Source: a virus. From it: a DNA stretch of 64,000 nt. Shown piece after piece: positions 61,544 through 64,000 of this stretch. Numbering within the stretch: the stretch's first letter is position 1; each line of letters begins with the position of its first letter. The notes below the pieces were generated by a model. It saw only the letters and a program-made list of their open reading frames with translations, was not told the origin of the DNA and made no database searches. Where the stretch lies: positions 57,650-121,649 of the IMG/VR virus record IMGVR_UViG_3300023109_003600; one strand, written 5' to 3'. The translations under genes and the position numbers were made by a program.

Positions 61544-61877
61544 AAATTTGTTTTTTATTATAAACCATTAGTTTTGTACTTGTTTGCTATAATTTGAAAT
61601 ACTTTCCACTTATTCATTTATAACTAATCATATACAAACTTAATACAAAGAACATATAAGGATAGAATATATAAGATTTATATAGGGAATAATACAAATA
61701 CAAGATAAGATAATAATAATGAATATGTGTTTACAACCTCCACGAATTTTCTCTTTCAATTAAGTGTGTCGCAGATTTCATTCAAAATTATATAAAATAA
61801 TATATTGAAATTTTTTCCTTTTATTTGTTCTTGACTTACTAATCATATAATGTATTATATAAAACAATATAACTGAA

Positions 61878-62042
61878 ATGATAAAAACAATAATTAACTT
61901 AATTCAAAATAAAATAAAATTCATGCGAAATAAATGCAATGGATGTGAATGTGGTGGATGTGAAAAAGAAAAGAAGCAAATAAGAAATAAATATGGATTT
62001 CCAACATATCAATCAAAATCAAGCCAACTTAATAATAAATAA
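61878..62042 (+). CDS. 54-aa peptide with a CNGCECGGC cluster
   Basis: Hand translation; promoter TTGACT(61831)/TATTAT; stop 2 nt before the oxygenase ATG. Confidence 0.6.
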   Translation: MIKTIINLIQNKIKFMRNKCNGCECGGCEKEKKQIRNKYGFPTYQSKSSQLNNK

Positions 62043-62044
62043 AA

Positions 62045-62668
62045 ATGAGTACAATAGTAAAAAATAAAAGTGCAGATCCATTTAGTGAGCAGTTTACGAC
62101 TCTAGCAAATAATAGAGATACATGGCGAGTTTTTCCTAGTGCCTTAACTGAATACGAATTAGAAGCTATTCAAGCTCATGCAGATCAACTAAATATAAAT
62201 AGAGGGGAAGTATTTAGTGATAAAGATTCAAATCTTAAAAAATCACAAGGAAGAATTAGTGATGTTGGTTGGTTGACAAGCAATAATGAAGTAGAAAATA
62301 TTATTTGGAAATATGTAAGTGAAGCAAATAAGACATTTCAAGTGAATGTTGTAAAATTGATGGAAATTCAATATACATTATATCATGGTCACCAAAAAGG
62401 TCATTATGATACTCACTCTGATGTGAATTGGGTTTCGGCAAATCCACTTGACAGAAAATTGAGCGTGACTATCCAACTTTCTGATGGAACAGATTACGAA
62501 GGTGGCAAATTTGACATGATAGACGGCAAGGACATCCCCGAAAGCATTAGTAAAGGGTTGGGTTCAGTCGTTATCTTTCCATCGTATCTTAGGCATCGTG
62601 TTCAGCCTGTAACTAAGGGTACAAGGAAGACAATCGTCGCTTGGGTGCATGGTCAGAGATGGCGTTAA
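62045..62668 (+). CDS. 2OG-Fe(II) oxygenase (PKHD-type)
   Basis: Q.T.Y......YDTHSD, RKLS.TIQLS....YEGG, FPSY..HRV.PVTKG.R..IV.W..G. Confidence 0.92.
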   Translation: MSTIVKNKSADPFSEQFTTLANNRDTWRVFPSALTEYELEAIQAHADQLNINRGEVFSDKDSNLKKSQGRISDVGWLTSNNEVENIIWKYVSEANKTFQVNVVKLMEIQYTLYHGHQKGHYDTHSDVNWVSANPLDRKLSVTIQLSDGTDYEGGKFDMIDGKDIPESISKGLGSVVIFPSYLRHRVQPVTKGTRKTIVAWVHGQRWR

Positions 62669-62749
62669 TTTCATCATTTTTCGCATCAAATAATAATCAT
62701 TGAATCTTTTTGATTGACTTTCGTAAATAATCAGCGTAGTATAATATAC

Positions 62750-63907
62750 ATGAAAACAGAAGAATTATTGAAACAACAAATTGTAGAATCTCGAATGGAG
62801 CTTGCATTGCTTATGAATCAAGCTTCCAAGAAAATGAATCACAACGCTTTCAGCGAATTAGAATCTAGGGTAAGGCAAATACACTTGTATGATCTTAATA
62901 AAGATTTTGAAATGTCTTTATCTGAAACGCAAAAATTAGTAAACGAGTTGAATCAATAATGAATATAAATAAATTTGTAAATAATCTTGAATCATTTGCT
63001 AACACTATGGAGAATTTAGAGAATGAACATAAAGAATGGTTTAGTATAGAAGAGAGTAAAGAATTAGAAAATAAGAAAACAGATTTCGCAAATAATGTTA
63101 TATTTTGGATTGATGCAAAATGTAATGAAAAAGAAAAAGTCGAAAGAATAAAATGGGAATATAGTAATATGTTTGATTATTTAGTTCAAACTATAAATAA
63201 CAATGTCGACAATCACGAAGAGTCCTAAGCTAAATAAGCGAATACTAGCCCTTTCAGAATCGGCAGTATTCAAAAATATACTAGAAAATTTAGGGGATCA
63301 TGAGATATTAACTATTGGTGTAGAAGGAAAATACAAAGAAGAAGATGTCAAATATCTACAAAGTCGAGGTCATAAAGCATCAATAGTTAAAGATGATAAT
63401 AAACAAAAATTTGATTTGTTAATCTGTTATCCACAAATAAATAAAAATACTAGCGTTTGGGAGAAAGATGATTTGATGTACGAGATCGGACAAATAAGTA
63501 ATTTCTGGTCATTCGTATGCGTACCGAAGGATCATAAACTTTTTGATGGTTTAGAGCCTGAAGAACCAAGGGGTGACAACTTTGATTGGTATTTGATATA
63601 AAAAAATTTATAATTAGGTCGATAAATATATATTGACTTTTATCTTAATTCAGTCATACTAATCATTATGAACTATTGCAAAGAAGAACAAGAATATGCC
63701 GAATATCAAAGTCAAGTTAGTAGAGAACGCCAAATGAATCCGTGCGATGTAAGTGACGGAGTTTATATGTTGGTTGACGACGCTTCTCCAAGCGAGGGTG
63801 GTCTTTATTTTCGGTCTTTAAGAGGTGCGTACACATGGGCACAAAACACTAACGACTTCTCTCATGGAGAATGGTCTGTATATGAAATAGGAGGAAAAGT
63901 ATTATGA
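62750..63907 (+). CDS. Four small hypothetical ORFs (62750-62959, 62959-63228, 63203-63601, 63668-63907)
   Basis: ORF track; promoters at 62714 and 63633. Confidence 0.55.
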
Positions 63908-64000
63908 GCGATGATCTAACTGAAGTAATGTTATATTTAAGAGATAGATTAGATAAAGTTGAATCTTTATTGAATGAAATTTTAAGTAAAGTTGACGCAG

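Larger units (their letters stand above)
3502..63660 (+). promoter_or_regulatory. Dispersed sigma70-like promoters (TTGACW-N16/17-TANNNT or CANNNT)
   Basis: -35 boxes at 3502, 6428, 7315, 9754, 11339, 12192, 22568 (TTGATT), 25439 (TTGCAA), 26964, 31285, 46683, 49127, 51472, 53566 (TTGACG), 56402, 56808, 57567, 59919, 61831, 62714 and 63633, all at gene boundaries. Confidence 0.8.

Noticed and set aside
1-64000. CRISPR array, tRNA, tmRNA or RNase P genes
   Set aside because: No regularly spaced repeats. No cloverleaf with a T-loop was seen, and the 9.8-10.1 kb RNA lacks the tmRNA acceptor end and the RNase P GAGGAAAGUCC motif. Checked by eye only.
1-64000. Stop-codon reassignment
   Set aside because: Recognisable enzymes are essentially full-length under code 11, and TAA, TAG and TGA all terminate coupled genes.

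Overview
AT-rich, gene-dense, almost entirely + strand segment of a large dsDNA bacteriophage genome. Phage evidence: rIIA/rIIB, PhoH, dUTPase, dCMP deaminase, RuvB-like ATPase, UvsE, sigma70-type promoters and no cellular housekeeping genes. A DUF1553+DUF1501 pair suggests a Planctomycetes/Verrucomicrobia (PVC) host (inference). Layout: (1) 1-11 kb: PVC-type gene pair, an APS kinase/nucleotidyltransferase fusion, nucleotide metabolism genes, PhoH and a highly structured ~330-nt ncRNA candidate. (2) ~11-49 kb: a very large mosaic glycan-modification region with about 20 glycosyltransferase-like genes, 7 intact plus 1 truncated sulfotransferases, 3 cytidylyltransferases, NDP-sugar enzymes, a methyltransferase, a GNAT and a 2OG-Fe(II) oxygenase. 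(3) 49-64 kb: small early-type ORFs, macrodomain, RuvB, rIIA/rIIB and an AT-rich non-coding stretch with 12-bp tandem repeats. Two promoter classes can be read from the sequence: TTGACW-N16/17-TANNNT and a GTGTA-N9/10-ATG motif. Both often give leaderless transcripts, and they sit back-to-back at four sites. Best candidate for a new system: a phage-encoded PAPS supply, sulfotransferase battery and glycosyltransferase array, i.e. sulfated-glycan synthesis. All family calls come from motif recognition by eye; no database searches were run. No tRNA, CRISPR array, integrase or reverse transcriptase was seen.
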